DNA of 64,000 nt from Lytechinus pictus (Eukaryota): the NCBI RefSeq assembly GCF_037042905.1, contig NC_087252.1, positions 12,898,001 through 12,962,000 of the forward strand, written 5' to 3'. A program made the translations under genes and the position numbers. This document shows positions 39,010 through 52,100 of this stretch, one piece after another (positions within the stretch are counted from its first letter, which is position 1; each line of letters begins with the position of its first letter). The notes under the pieces are model-generated. The model searched no databases. It saw only the letters and a list, made by a program, of their open reading frames with translations, and was not told the DNA's origin.

Positions 39010-42000
39010 TCTGCATAGCAGATCGAGACTATAGGCGCCGCTCTTCCGGTGACGGCGGTGGCGGCGTAAACACAAAATCTTAACCTTAGGTTAAGTTTTT
39101 GAAATTACACCAAAACTTGGAAAGTGTATGTACCTAGTTTATGAAACTTGAACATAAGTTTGTCAAGTATTACTTAACATCCTGCCTGATTTTAGGTCAC
39201 ATGACTATTGAAGGTTAAAGGTCATTTAGGGTCAATAAACTTAGACCATGTTAGGGAATTAATATCAAAATCTTAACCTAAGGTTAAGTTGTTTTATACG
39301 CCTGTGCTACGGGACGTATTATGGTATCACGCTGGGTGTCCGTCTGTTATGTCTGTCTGTCCGTCCGTTAAATTTTCCTTGGACACGCGATAACTTCAGT
39401 TTAACTTAACACAATCTCAAATAATTTGATGTGTATGATGATAACATGAATCCCACGAAGCCTTTTGATTTTGAGGTCAAAAGGTCAAGGTCACAGTAAC
39501 TTGCTTTCATCTTACCCTTCTGCAGTTCTTGTAAACACAATAAATTTAGTGATCTCGACATTCAAATACTCATAACTCTTCTATTACTAGTCCTCTTTTA
39601 CTCAAACTTTTGTTGATCTTATTCTTTGATTTTTCTGCTTTCACAAAAGCTAACTTGCTCCAAGAGTTTCATTCTCCTTTAACTTATCCTTCTCTCATAT
39701 AATTTGGTGTGTATACTACTAGCATGGATTCCAGGAATTATATTGATTTTGAGGTCAGAAGGTAAATGGTGAAGTTACCACCTTCCATTTTTCTTGGTTG
39801 ACCCCGGGTTGACCAATAACTCAATTGTCCGTGTTACAGGCGGGTGTATTATTTTAAATGACATCATAAATTAAGAAGTATATGGACCTAGTTCATGAAA
39901 CTTGAACATAAGTTTAATCAAGTATAACTTAACATCCTGCCTGAGTTTCAGGTCACATGACCAAGGTCAAAAATCATTTAGGGTCAATGAACTTTGGCCG
40001 AGTTGGGGGTAGTTGTTGAATTACCATCATAGCTTTGCAAAATGTATGGATCTAGTTCATAAAGCTTGGACATAAGAGTAATCAAGTGTCACTGAAGATC
40101 CCGTCCGAGTTTTATGTCACGTGACTAATGTCTGAGGTCATGCAAGGTCAATAAACTTTGGCCGTGTGGAGAGTATTTGTTGAATTGCCTTTATAACTCT
40201 AACAAATTATTGATCTAGTTAATAAAACTTAAGATATCAGATTATTCAAGTATCACTGAACATCCAATACGAGTTTCAGGTCACATGTCCAATGTTAGAG
40301 GTCATTTAAGGTTAATGAACTTAGGCCATGTTTGGGATGAATTGCCATCAAACATCAAAAACGAACCGCGCAAAAGGAATAGTATGTTTAACTTGGCAAA
40401 GAAATCTAATTCTAAGGCTCACTGGTACAAATTCCGTAATTTAAGACGGAATATAAAAAAGATGCTGAAGGTAAAATACAAAAATTACTTGGAAAATGTG
40501 ACGTTTGTAAAGATATTAAAAGAAATCCTAAACGTTTTTGGAATTTTGTGAAAACAAAGAAGAAAAGTCACAATAATCCAATCCCGTGTTTACGGGTAAG
40601 GGATGATATTCTAACTGATGACAAGGAAAAGGCAGATGCTTTGAATAGACAATTTGAATCCGTGTTTCGATTGCCCAGTAACATACATATCCTGAATGCA
40701 CAGAAAACAGTAATGTATCTGATATGGACGATATTAACTGTGATGTTGAAAATGTACGTAAATTACTTAAGAATATTGATTCTACAAAGTCTGTTGGTCC
40801 AGACGGATAAGCGCCATGTATTCTTAAAGAAGGTGCCGTTGAACTCGCACCGTCGCTTTGTGATCTTTTTAATAGATCTCTTTCAACTGGAGATTTGCCT
40901 TTAGATTGGCGCTGTGCTTATGTGTGTCCCATTTTTAAAAGGGGCAATAAAGAAGACCCCAGTAATTATCGACCCATATCCCTGACTTCGCACGTGTGTG
41001 CTAAGCTATTAGAAAGAATTGTTTGTAAACAACTTGTTCGTCATTTAAATGATAATATCTTACATGACAATCAACATGGGTTTCGTGAAAAGCGATCATG
41101 CGAGACTCAATTTATTGAGGTCATTCAAGACTGGAGTTAAATGGATGGACTCGGGTTGCAATGTTCACATAACGTTTTTAGACTTCGCTAAAGCATTTGA
41201 TAGCGAGTCACACGCACATTTAGAGTTCAAGCTCAAACGCTGTGGTATTAAGGGCTCAAATTTGAAATGGATAATGATTTTTTTTTTATTGCGAACACAA
41301 CGCGTGGTATTAAATGGAGAATATTCAAAATGGATTGACGTGAAATCAGGTGTGCCTCAGGGGACATTCCTTGTCCCCATACTTTTTCTTTGTTTTATAT
41401 GTGACATATCCGATGGAATTGTTTCTGAAATGAAACTCTATGCTGATGATTGTATCTTATACAGACCAGTAAATTCTATACAAGATTTTGTAATTCTGCA
41501 AAATGATCACGACACGTTAAAGAAATGGTCAAATAAATGGTTTCTTGATTTTAACGTGTCAAAATGTAAAATAATGAAAATGTCCCGAAAAGTTTCAAAA
41601 AAGACTATGCATATAAAATGGATGGAAACGACTTAACTATAACTAAGTCTGAAAGGTGTCTAGGAATTTTGATTAATGACACATTAAACTTGAAAGATCA
41701 TTGTGAAGAAACATATACTAAATGCAATAAAATTATCGGTATTGTGAAAAGGAACTTTATGAACTGTCAAATATCAGTTTTTAAGACCCTTTACGAGTCA
41801 CTCATTCGACCATGCTTAGAGTATTGCTGTATAGCATGGGACCCGTATCGGGCAACCCATATAAAATTACCCGAGCGTATACAGAATAGATACGTGAGAA
41901 TGATGTGCCGGGATTGGCAAACCAGTTACAACGTACTTTTACAAAATTTGAATATGCCAACTTTGGAAGCAAGACGAAAGTACCATAGACTCACTAATTA

Positions 42001-42705
42001 TTTAGTTCATGTCAATGCAATGATTAAAATAGCCCACAGGATAGGTAGGAACTATCACGATAAGAAGGTAATCACGCCCTTTGCAAAACAGATTACTTCC
42101 AAAACTCTTTTTATGTTAGAACCTCCAAAGATTGGAACATGCTCCCTAGTAATGTAATAAATAGCACATCTTTCTCGACATTTCAAAAGTTATTCAGGGC
42201 TCACCTTCTTATATAATTTCTATATTACTAAATAATTTCACTTTTCCTTTCCATAATAATGCCTCACAGCTAATTTATTATCATTCTTGTCATATTATGT
42301 ATAATTATGAATCATAAAGATTTTTCATCAATTTCATTTATTATATTTCGTTATATTATGTTATCTTATCAATATTTTATTATTTTGTTCTTATATCACG
42401 TTTTTAATCTTTTTAAGCGTTACATAAATCTATAAATGTTTTCTATGTCCTTTCTAGGGTAATCTACATTGTTTTATTTTTCCGATTGTTCATCTTATGT
42501 TTTTATCTTGATGCTACTTTATATTATTGGGATCCAAACTTGTAAGGGTTTTTCAAACCTTTTTTTTGTATCCCTTGACATGTTTTACTTTGTACGTTTT
42601 ACTTGTCTAAATGAATACAAAATACAAAATTCAAATACAAAGTCAGCATTACTGCTATATTGAATAGCGTGATGAAGGCGAAACTGCCAGAGGCGCTCCA
42701 ATTTA
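39010..42705 (+). repeat. Third copy of the HINE-like repeat, containing a nested (gtcc)-type repeat (~39292-39850) and the LINE
   Basis: Head ctataggcgccgctcttccggtgacggcgg at ~39030; tail gcgtgatgaaggcgaaactgccagaggcgctccaatt at ~42668-42703 matches 2100-2136. Confidence 0.7.
40350..42640 (+). mobile_element. 5'-truncated, decayed CR1-group (CR1/L2/Daphne-like) LINE
   Basis: RT motifs NYRPISLTS, QHGFR..RSCETQ, FLDFAKAFDS, SGVPQG, LYADDC, Y.SLIRP.LEY; AT-rich 3' UTR ending in (TACAAA)-like tail ~42612-42640; multiple frameshifts. Confidence 0.9.
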
Positions 42706-43366
42706 TTTGTATTTTTGTATTGATTTATTTTCCGAAATTCACAATAAAAAAAAACATGAATGTACAAATGAACATATAAAAGCAAAGTATAAAAGAATAA
42801 CAAATTAGAACAGATATATACAAAAAAAAAACAATATGAGATAGACATGAGAAATAGTGAAATCGGAAGGACACCCAGTTCAGCTCTGCCCATAGACAGT
42901 ACTGTTCTTCCACGGGGTCCAATGATTAAAACACAAGTTATTAAGAACTTGATTTCCACATTTTGTTATTGTTTTCTTCGATTAAATCGTAACCGATACT
43001 ATTCTTTTTAGTCATTAAATTAAAACATGACGCTATATGTATATTAACAATTTCTTAGCTACATGCAAATATTGCATTGGACTTGTACTTTTGAACTTTG
43101 GACCTTTTTTATAGCAAATTTGGGTCTGAAATCAACTTTAGTAATGTTACGTAACTTCGGGATTAAGCATCCGGATGTTGCAAATTTGATATCGAAAGTT
43201 GCAGGAATGTTGAAAATAAAAGTCAGCGAGCAGCGCGGTAAAAGGAATTCGCGCTGCGGATTTATCGCAAGAAAAAGAGTGTTGAGGTGGTGTATTCGGC
43301 CCGGCCCTTTAAGGGTTAACTACTTCAACGTACACTTTCTCATTTGATATATTTTTACATATACAG

Positions 43367-43409
43367 ATACGTAGTGTAGACAATCATTCACGTGTGGCAG
43401 AAGATCAAT
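43367..43409 (+). pseudogene. Putative dead phase 0->1 micro-exon of the Roco-like gene
   Basis: tttttacatatacag| acceptor; 43 nt IRSVDNHSRVAEDQ, same length as exon D with GCA GAA at the same codons 11-12; followed by gaaagc, one change from donor gtaagc. Confidence 0.35.
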
Positions 43410-43645
43410 GAAAGCTAAAGAGCTTATTTAATGATCTAGACAGAACAATTGCTTGAAATGGAAATGTATATTAATAGGTCATGTGTGTATACAAAACAAA
43501 AAAGAAAAGTCCCACGGTTATCTTTGTGCGCATCATGATCAGCGCATATTTTACACACTGCGCGCTGACGTCATAATGGATGAACAGGTGATTAATCAGC
43601 TATATGAGGTGATTTGTCTCCTTATCTAAACTTACTGCAGATCCG

Positions 43646-43897
43646 GGCCCCGTCTTACAAAGAGTTACGATTGATCCAATCAATCGTAACTCTATGGAAA
43701 TCCATCAATGTCATAATTTTTTCTACACGAAATTTTAACAATGTCCTTTGTAAACAAAGAGAAGCACAGGGAATTTTAAAGAAAACAATGACTGCATGAA
43801 TATACATCATAGCTAGAAAATATTTTGAACAAACAAAATAGATGTTGACGTTGCTGCAATTGATCAGATCAATAGCAACTCTTTGTAAGACGGGGCC
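43646..43897. mobile_element. Harbinger-like MITE
   Basis: TIR GGCCCCGTCTTACAAAGAGTT / AACTCTTTGTAAGACGGGGCC. Confidence 0.85.
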
Positions 43898-46696
43898 CTG
43901 ATGTGGACAGTAGACAATTTGCAGGTCAAATGTCACAGCTCATTAAATATGCGAGTTGGTTTCCGCATGATAACTTATAAAATATTCAACAGAAAAAAAT
44001 TGGGTATGAAGGTACATGACACCAAAATACAGTAGGGTCACATCAAATGACCTGATTGTCATATCTTCTGTCACAGATTATTATGAAAAGGGTGAGTCTT
44101 TAGGTCAAAGGTCTAAGTTTGTTCATTATATATATATATGCATATTGGTTCCTGCACGATATCAAGTTCAATCATATTGAATGAATTTCTGATCGCGTTA
44201 AGCGGGGGCATCTGTGTCATTTGGACAAGTCAAATTTCTAGTTTAAAAATACCTCTATAATTTCAAAATACTATACTCTGTAGTGCTGCAAAGTATGATG
44301 AATATTTGACCAAGAGTTTAAATCAATGGTAGAGTGGTTTGGGATTTTTCCTCATATAGATACAAAGTTTTTGGCCCGTCTTTTTTTAAGCACATTTGCT
44401 CTAATAAAAGTACTAATAGTTTGAAAAACGCATATGAACCTATATTTTGAATGTTTGCACCTTTAAGATGTATATTCACCTACAACTTTCCAAAGTTTCG
44501 TGAAAATGACATGGGTTTTGAATAAAGTGCAGCAATTCTTGTACTTCTCAAGTTTCTTATTGATATTCACATTTTTTTTTAGATTGAGTTTTTGATATTT
44601 TTCGCGAAATTTCTCAGAAGTGATAGTGCTGTTAGACTTAAAAGAGCAACCAAGTAGCAGTATACATAAATAATCCCTTTTAAGGATACAATTGTTCATT
44701 GTATTGCGAAATTTGATGACATTTTCATGGATTTTTACTTAATAGTGGATGTTTGAACTCATTGGTGTGATCTCGTGTGATCTAAAAATGCCAAATTCTT
44801 TTGAATGCGTAATTCTTAAGAACATCCATTTGGGTGAACTTTGAAACTTTAAAGGAGAAAATCAAACACACGGACCCATGTTGATTTTTGCACATTTGGA
44901 ATATTGATGTGCTAAAGTACCTATGTTTTAAAGTATGGTGAAAATGACTTGGATTTTCAATTTTTGGGAGCAAGACTACGGACCCATTCGCATTTTAGAT
45001 GGTATTATTAGACTTTTGCATGTTTTGGCGCATTTTTGGATGTTTCAAGCCAACTCGCAATACTTTGGACACTGATAGTTTAAAAACGAGCACATGGAAC
45101 CCATATGTTTAATGTTTAACGTTTTTAGAATTAATTCCTCTACAAATCAAGAGAGTAGAATGAAAATGAAATGAATTTTAAGTGTTTTAGAGCAAAACTA
45201 CGGAACCATCCGCATTTTAGACGGTATTCAGACTTGTGCATGTTTTCGGTGCATGTTACGCGATTTTCAAGCCAACTCGCAACAGTTTGGACACTGATAG
45301 TTTAAAAGCGAACACATGGACCCCATATTTTTAACTTCCCTACACCTTTGCAATGCATTCCTCTACAATTTTGCCCACTTTGATGAAAAGGAAATGGATT
45401 TTGAATAAAGTGCAGCTTAAACTATACTTTTTTTTTATTTTCGAGTAGCTTGACGTCTTTTGAATATTTTTTTTTTTTATGCACCATTCTTGTCAAATGG
45501 GGGCGCTGCTGACTCCAAATAGATATAGTTTTGCCAAAAAGACTTTCTCCTACTTTGGTATTCACTTAGTTACATATCCATGAAGTTTGATGCGATATCG
45601 ACAGTGTAAAAATGATTTAAATTTATTTGGTGAATTCGTGAGGTCTAAAAGAGGCATAATTCTTTTGATTACGCAATATTTCATATCATTCAAATACGGT
45701 GACTTATAAGCCCCGTAGAAAAAAAATAAGCACATGAACCTATATCATTTTTTGCATTTTCATAATGCATAAATTCCAAAGTAACTCTACAAAATTTGGT
45801 GAAAATGACATGGACTTCCTTTTAACTGTGGAACGTCCTTAAACAAACATCCATTATTTCCAAAACCACCGGGAATTGTTAATATATTTTTACATGAGCA
45901 TGTAGGCAATTTTAAAGGCTATCCTCTGGGTGAATGTTACGGACGTATTTTGCGTCATGCTTGAGTGAGCACCACCAGAAGGCAAAATTGACACTTTTTA
46001 AAAGTCACAAGCCAAATATCATGACTTTGTGTCTTCATGCATAAATATGTTAATAATGACGATATTTCATGATGAGAATATGGAATTAGTTCCAATAAAA
46101 TGGAATCAATTTTCAATATTATGTTTAATAAGGAAACTTAAAGCTACTGACCTAATAGATATTTTCATAATGTTTGGTATCTTTTTATTAACTTATATTA
46201 ATTAATTCCTATTGACATATGGCTTCTACATAGAGTACTGCTAATTTACATAAACTAGCATATTTTTGCATGAAGACGCAATTTTCAACACCATGTTTTG
46301 TGGAGAAAAATGAAGCTGTTAACATAATAGTGACATAGGAAAATTGTGGTGCTTTTGTAAACTCTGTTCCCAAAATTTCAAATTATGGGCCTAAGGCACC
46401 TGACTAAAATCATTAATTTTCTTTTATAAAAAAAATAGTTTTTCCCTCTTTCTCCCATTTTTACTTGCCCTTATTTTTCTTTTCTCCCGAAGAATGAGGG
46501 CCCAAAAAAGAGAAAAGTTGTTGACAGTCTTTGTGGACCACTACCAGTTATTATACCCGTTAAATATTTACCTTCTTTGTTTGTATGAATATTAGGTATG
46601 GTGAAAATAGTCTTTTGAGATAGATTTACATTTTTATTTTTTAACTGTATATGTAAGCCCATTTTTTACTCCATACTATATGATTTTCGTCTACAG

Positions 46697-46734
46697 ATCC
46701 TGGAAGAGGGGATATTCATCAAGCCGGAAATACG
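46697..46734 (+). CDS. Roco-like gene, exon E (micro-exon)
   Basis: ttttcgtctacag| acceptor, acg|gtaagc donor; 38 nt, phase 1->0: (D)PGRGDIHQAGNT. Confidence 0.75.
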
Positions 46735-47205
46735 GTAAGCTTGTATATATTTTACCTATTTATCATCCCCTGTGCAAATAAGCCTGCCACTCTGAAAAAG
46801 TAAATCTACTTGGACAATTTTTTTATTTTGTATATTAAACATTTACTATTGATTCATTGTCCATGGAATTATTGAAGGGAATGACAACAAAAAATGTTAT
46901 TCCAGTTAAATACAGACAATTTTCACCTTTCATCTAGTCACCATTTGAACGGAACTAGAGTGGTCTATTGCCATTGCTGATGATTGCCCTCATCCACAAT
47001 GTTAAATGAAATGTATAATACAAATTAAAAAGTTTGCCCGATCAATATGGGAAAGATTCTAAGATTTTATGAATAAAAAATAATGTACATTGGGAATATC
47101 ATTTCTATATTTTTTTATCTTTATGTGTACCAATAAAAATAGTGGGTTGAAATCAATTATATCTTTATTTTGCAGCATGAAATAAATACAAATTTATGTT
47201 GGGAT

Positions 47206-47465
47206 CAGGGGCGGAAATCTCTTCCAAAAGGTAGGGGGGACAAGGGTCTGGGAAATTTGACAAGCAAAAAAAAAGCTTATCAACCCCAAAAGTAAGGTAA
47301 TCTCGTCGTAAAATATTTTTTTTTTTTCGATTTTGAATGGTGTATTTCTTACCATCATAAATGACCACAAATAGTAGGGGGACATTTGATATTGTGTCTC
47401 CCCTACTATTTTGAGTAGGGGGACAAGTCCCCCCCCCCCCTGTCCCCCTGGGATTTCCGCCCATG
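47206..47465. mobile_element. hAT-like MITE
   Basis: TIR CAGGGGCGGAAATC / GATTTCCGCCCATG, near-perfect 8-bp TSD (g/a)TTGGGAT. Confidence 0.75.
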
Positions 47466-48189
47466 ATTGGGATATCAGTTTATCAAAAATTAATTTCGAG
47501 GCTTTCCAGAAAGCTTTAAAAAACTGTGAAAACCCTAGATGAAATGGGTTGAATGTATCACAGGAAATGCTTCACTGGACATTAAATTAAGCATCATTCA
47601 GTAGCAAAATTTTGTATTTGTTTTCTAAGGGAATATAATAATTTGAGAATTAGTGATTACTTGATGAATCATATTACATTGTTTGAGGCTTTCATAAATC
47701 AATAATTTATCTTCACTATAGCCTTAAATGAAATATTCTTGAAGATCGCGTATCATGAACTTGATTGTTGTAAATGCCGGTGTAAATGACATGAGTGGAA
47801 AACTCCCTGTCCTTATACTTATACATAATTGTTGCGACGTTTGCTTATCATCGGGTAATATTTGATAGTGATAACTTTTTAAATTTAGGTGTAGATGAGA
47901 GTCTAAGATGGCAGTTCTTATGTATTCCTAAACATTTCTTTTGAATTCTAAATGTTGGGTATAATTAGTCAGTGCTGCATGACTAGTACCCTAAACAATA
48001 TTGTAATATCTTAAATAAGGGGAAATAGTTGAACGCTGTTTAATTTTTTTCATACAACTCTGTTTACCGTGTGAACCTTACAGTAATTGTTCAAACAATC
48101 TTAACAAACATGCTTAAGTCATTAAGAATTATATATTTAAAGTTAACATCTATTCAATAATATATTATTTATATATATTACATTTGCAG

Positions 48190-48235
48190 TCAGATGGCCG
48201 AATTCAAGAGGGAACAATACGTTCACGCGACAAAG
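48190..48235 (+). CDS. Roco-like gene, exon F (micro-exon)
   Basis: catttgcag| acceptor, aag|gtaata donor; 46 nt, phase 0->1: SDGRIQEGTIRSRDK. Confidence 0.72.
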
Positions 48236-49153
48236 GTAATAATTATGTAGATAGTGCGGATATTAATTTTGCCAATCAATGTGGTCATTACATTAATGGT
48301 AATGTGATAATGTACGTGCGTGTGCGTGGGTGGGAAAGGTCATTGGTGGATCCAGGCTGATGTAGCTTAAAATATTAAGTTTTTAAGTCAATATACAAAG
48401 CATATTTCAGCTCGGACATCGAGCTTTCATTATGTGGTTTGAATTACAATTTTTTTTTTTAAGTGCTCTGTAAAATGTCCGTTTTATTGTGTGCATATCA
48501 TTTGCAGCTTTTTGCGCTGTGTACTCGCATTATTTGATTTGCCAAGTAGGCCTACATATTGTCTTTGTTTATTCCATAAGATTCTTTATATATTAATTCT
48601 ATAACAAACTACTTAAAATCCCCCTTTTTATGACATTTTATCAAAAAAATCCTCTTGCGATTTTTTTCTAGCATTATTGTTGAAAATATATAAACAGTTT
48701 TAACGCCTCACAAATTTCACTCACTCGTTAGGCTTATTACATCAGTAAATATGATAATTAAATTTTCGTGAATTCCTAATAACTAAATTGTCTCTTTTTC
48801 AGAAAGGAATATCGACAAGTTTTATATCTAGCTTAGAAAGAGGAATAGGAAGATAGTCATCATTTTCATAAGATGACAAAATGTCCTTAGGCCTAGAATG
48901 ACCAGGTCCTTGGTCAAAATGATAATAAAAATATAATCTTGCGCTTCGCACTCGCATCATCTATTAAGTGCCATCCACTCCACAATTTCCCTAACACAGT
49001 GCTTTATAGATAGTGCTTAAATTCAACCTTTTCATATCGGAACATCAAGTATTTTCCGCTCGCGCTTCGAGCACGCATTATTAATTTCCATGATAAAAAT
49101 GAAATGTATTCAGACTTCCCAGATTCTGTCAAACTCTAAAACACGCGCAAACA

Positions 49154-52100
49154 CCCAGGTAACAATACAGCATTGGACAAACGTTGGATCAACGTTGGGG
49201 AATTTTTTTCCCAACGTTGCCTCAACGTTGGTAGGCAAACGTTGCATCATCGATAGAAGTGCACGCGCATACATCGTCAGACCAACAACATTTCTAACGT
49301 CAGTTCAACGTTGTCCAGCGACAATGTGCCAACGTTGTCTGGCAACGTTGATCCACTGTTGGCTAAATAGTCAAATACAATGTTGCCACAACGTTGGCAA
49401 GCAATGTTGCATCATCGATAGAAGTGCACGTCCATACATCGTCAGACCAACAACATTTCCAACGTCAGTTCAAAGTTGTCCACCATCAATGCTCCAACGT
49501 TGGTCTCATGTCGGCTGAGTCATAAATAACAGCGTTGCTGCAATGTTGATGGGCAACGTTGCAGCAGCGATTGAAGTGCACGCACATACATCGTCAGTCC
49601 AACTATGTTTACAACGTTGGTTCAACGCTGTCACAACGTTGCTCCAACAATTATCCAACGTTATTCCAACGTATGGCAATAATTAACAAAACATTAATTG
49701 GTTTCAAGGAGAAGTCCACCGTTACAACTCTACATTCTAACCTTTATCATCATATCTTATCCTATCCTAAAATCCTACATCCTATTCCTATCATCCTACA
49801 CTTATCCACTGAATCCTGTCATTGACTCATATTTATAGAGCAACTTTGCCATACTTGGCAAAATACGGTTAATATAATTTTCCATATTTAACCTTGAAAA
49901 TTTCACTTAGAATAATATGTTTTGATTATAAATGATATGGTAATGGGGCCACATACTTCTCTGAAACTTTTCATAGTGGAAATATTGAATAAACAAATAC
50001 TTTAATTATTATAGCAATATTACCTAAAATTTTGGTCATTTACTGATGTAATGAATATTCATGAGTGCATAATCATTATATCCAGATGAGGCAGGTATGG
50101 TAGCGTTGGTCCAACGTTGGGTAACGTTGATCCAACGTTGGTCTAATGTTGGTCCAATGTTGATGGAAAGTTGATTCAACGTTAGTCCAATGTTAGTCCA
50201 ACGTTGACGTAAACGTTGATTCAGTGTTCGTCTAGATAATATCGGTTCAACGTTGGTGTAACGTTGATTCTTTGTTGGTCTAATTTTAAACAAATCCAAC
50301 GATGCGTCATCTCCATCAAATAGTTTTTTACATTGTGCCATCATCATCTGTAACCTGTTCATGATTCTGTCAAAAAACATTACAACTAATATTACAGCTG
50401 TTCATTTCTTTTCATTCTTTCTGTTACAAGTCTCTTACATAATTAAGAGTCCAATCAAGAGAATTACGTGTAATATTTATTTATTTGTAGCATTTAAACT
50501 TTTCTGATATCCTCTTTTTCTAAAACAAGACTAATACCAAACATAGGCATATGTAATAAGAATTAAGATGTATTACATTTTCTTGCGAGTTGCAATCTCT
50601 GTTTCTGTCTACAATTGTTTGATGACTCGGTATGCAATGCCAATTGCAATGTCAATAATCATCACAAAGACTCACATGTGTAATTGCAGTCTCTCAGTAT
50701 TAACAAAATCTAAAAGGGAGGTCGCGTAACTTGGCCTCACTCAGAGTAACGTAGCTACTGCCTACTGTAACTTCAGAGCGCCTCTTTTTTATTAAGATAG
50801 AAGTCAACTGAGATATCACTATGCATGGCCATGGCCTAGTCTCGCTCATGTCATAACTCTTAAATGATATTTCAGCGTTAAGTGTAAGCATGCCTCACGT
50901 AGCACTTACAGGTTTGACTGCAGTTGGAAAACACTCGGTCCAGGCTAGGCCCGGCAGGACCGACCAGGTCAATTCAAGGCAGCACATAATAAGGCAGGAA
51001 TGCCAGGAAGCAAATCATTGGGTGATTTCAAGTACGGTGTTCGGTGTTGAGAGCGTAAAAGGGCTGCTGAACTGAGCTCCAACACCGAGCGTAATATTAT
51101 TTGTCATTAAAATGTATTAAGACTCTTAATGATTTGCTCTCATCTTAACTGTAGAACTAAAAGATAATTTTACGGGGATGGTTCGTCGTGTTCGCCCCCT
51201 GTTCGTGAGCTACAGTTCATCAACACCGAACTTTAAGTCACGATTCTCCCAATCCCTGGGGGTCGGTGTTGCTGAATGGGGAAATTGCACGTAGATCGTC
51301 AACACCATGCACCATGCAGCCGCAGTGTTGGGTTCAGCAGATGACAATCAACACCAGCCTTCAACACAAACTGCCGGAAATACACCATATTTTCCGAGGT
51401 CAATCCCAACACGAGCCTGATTCCAAGTATGGGGTTGTCACAACACCAACACAAGATTTCAGCACTGTTCTTGAATTGAAATCACCCAATGACTGTTGCC
51501 TTGCCCTTGGTATCGCATACTCGTTCCTGAATGAGTGATGTGTACTGAGAATCTCAACCTGTGCATGTGAAAGTATGCTGTTCATCAAATATGCTACAGT
51601 ATTCATCACGCGTGGTCTCTGGTAATGGTAATAAATACCAGGATTGACGAAGAAGGGGGCAGTGGTGTGAAGTACTTACACAAAAATACTAGCGTCGGAC
51701 TGTATGCGCACAGAAGCTGACTCCGGGATCTTTCGGAGGGGATCAACAGTTGCAGTTACCGACTCTGCAAGTGCAAGGAAAATTTCACTGTAGATAGGTC
51801 CTAAATATGCAGCTTATAAGTACTGTGCCAGCTTACTAGATATTCGTGAATTTAATTGTCTATATCCAGTCCAAATTCTGCCAGATTTTTCAAGTTCGAA
51901 ATTGAAGGAAGCAGACTACGCAGAAGATGGAGTCCGACGTCGCGACTAATTCTGAGCATCAGAATAGTATGGTATTTTTAAATAGGCACATTTGAGCTTG
52001 TATTTCCTTCTTCAATTTCTTCTCGCTATGTGACGGTAGGCCTATATCTCGTACTTACTGTGAGAGGCCTAGCCAGCTGCAAAGAACGAGGGCGTTTCTG

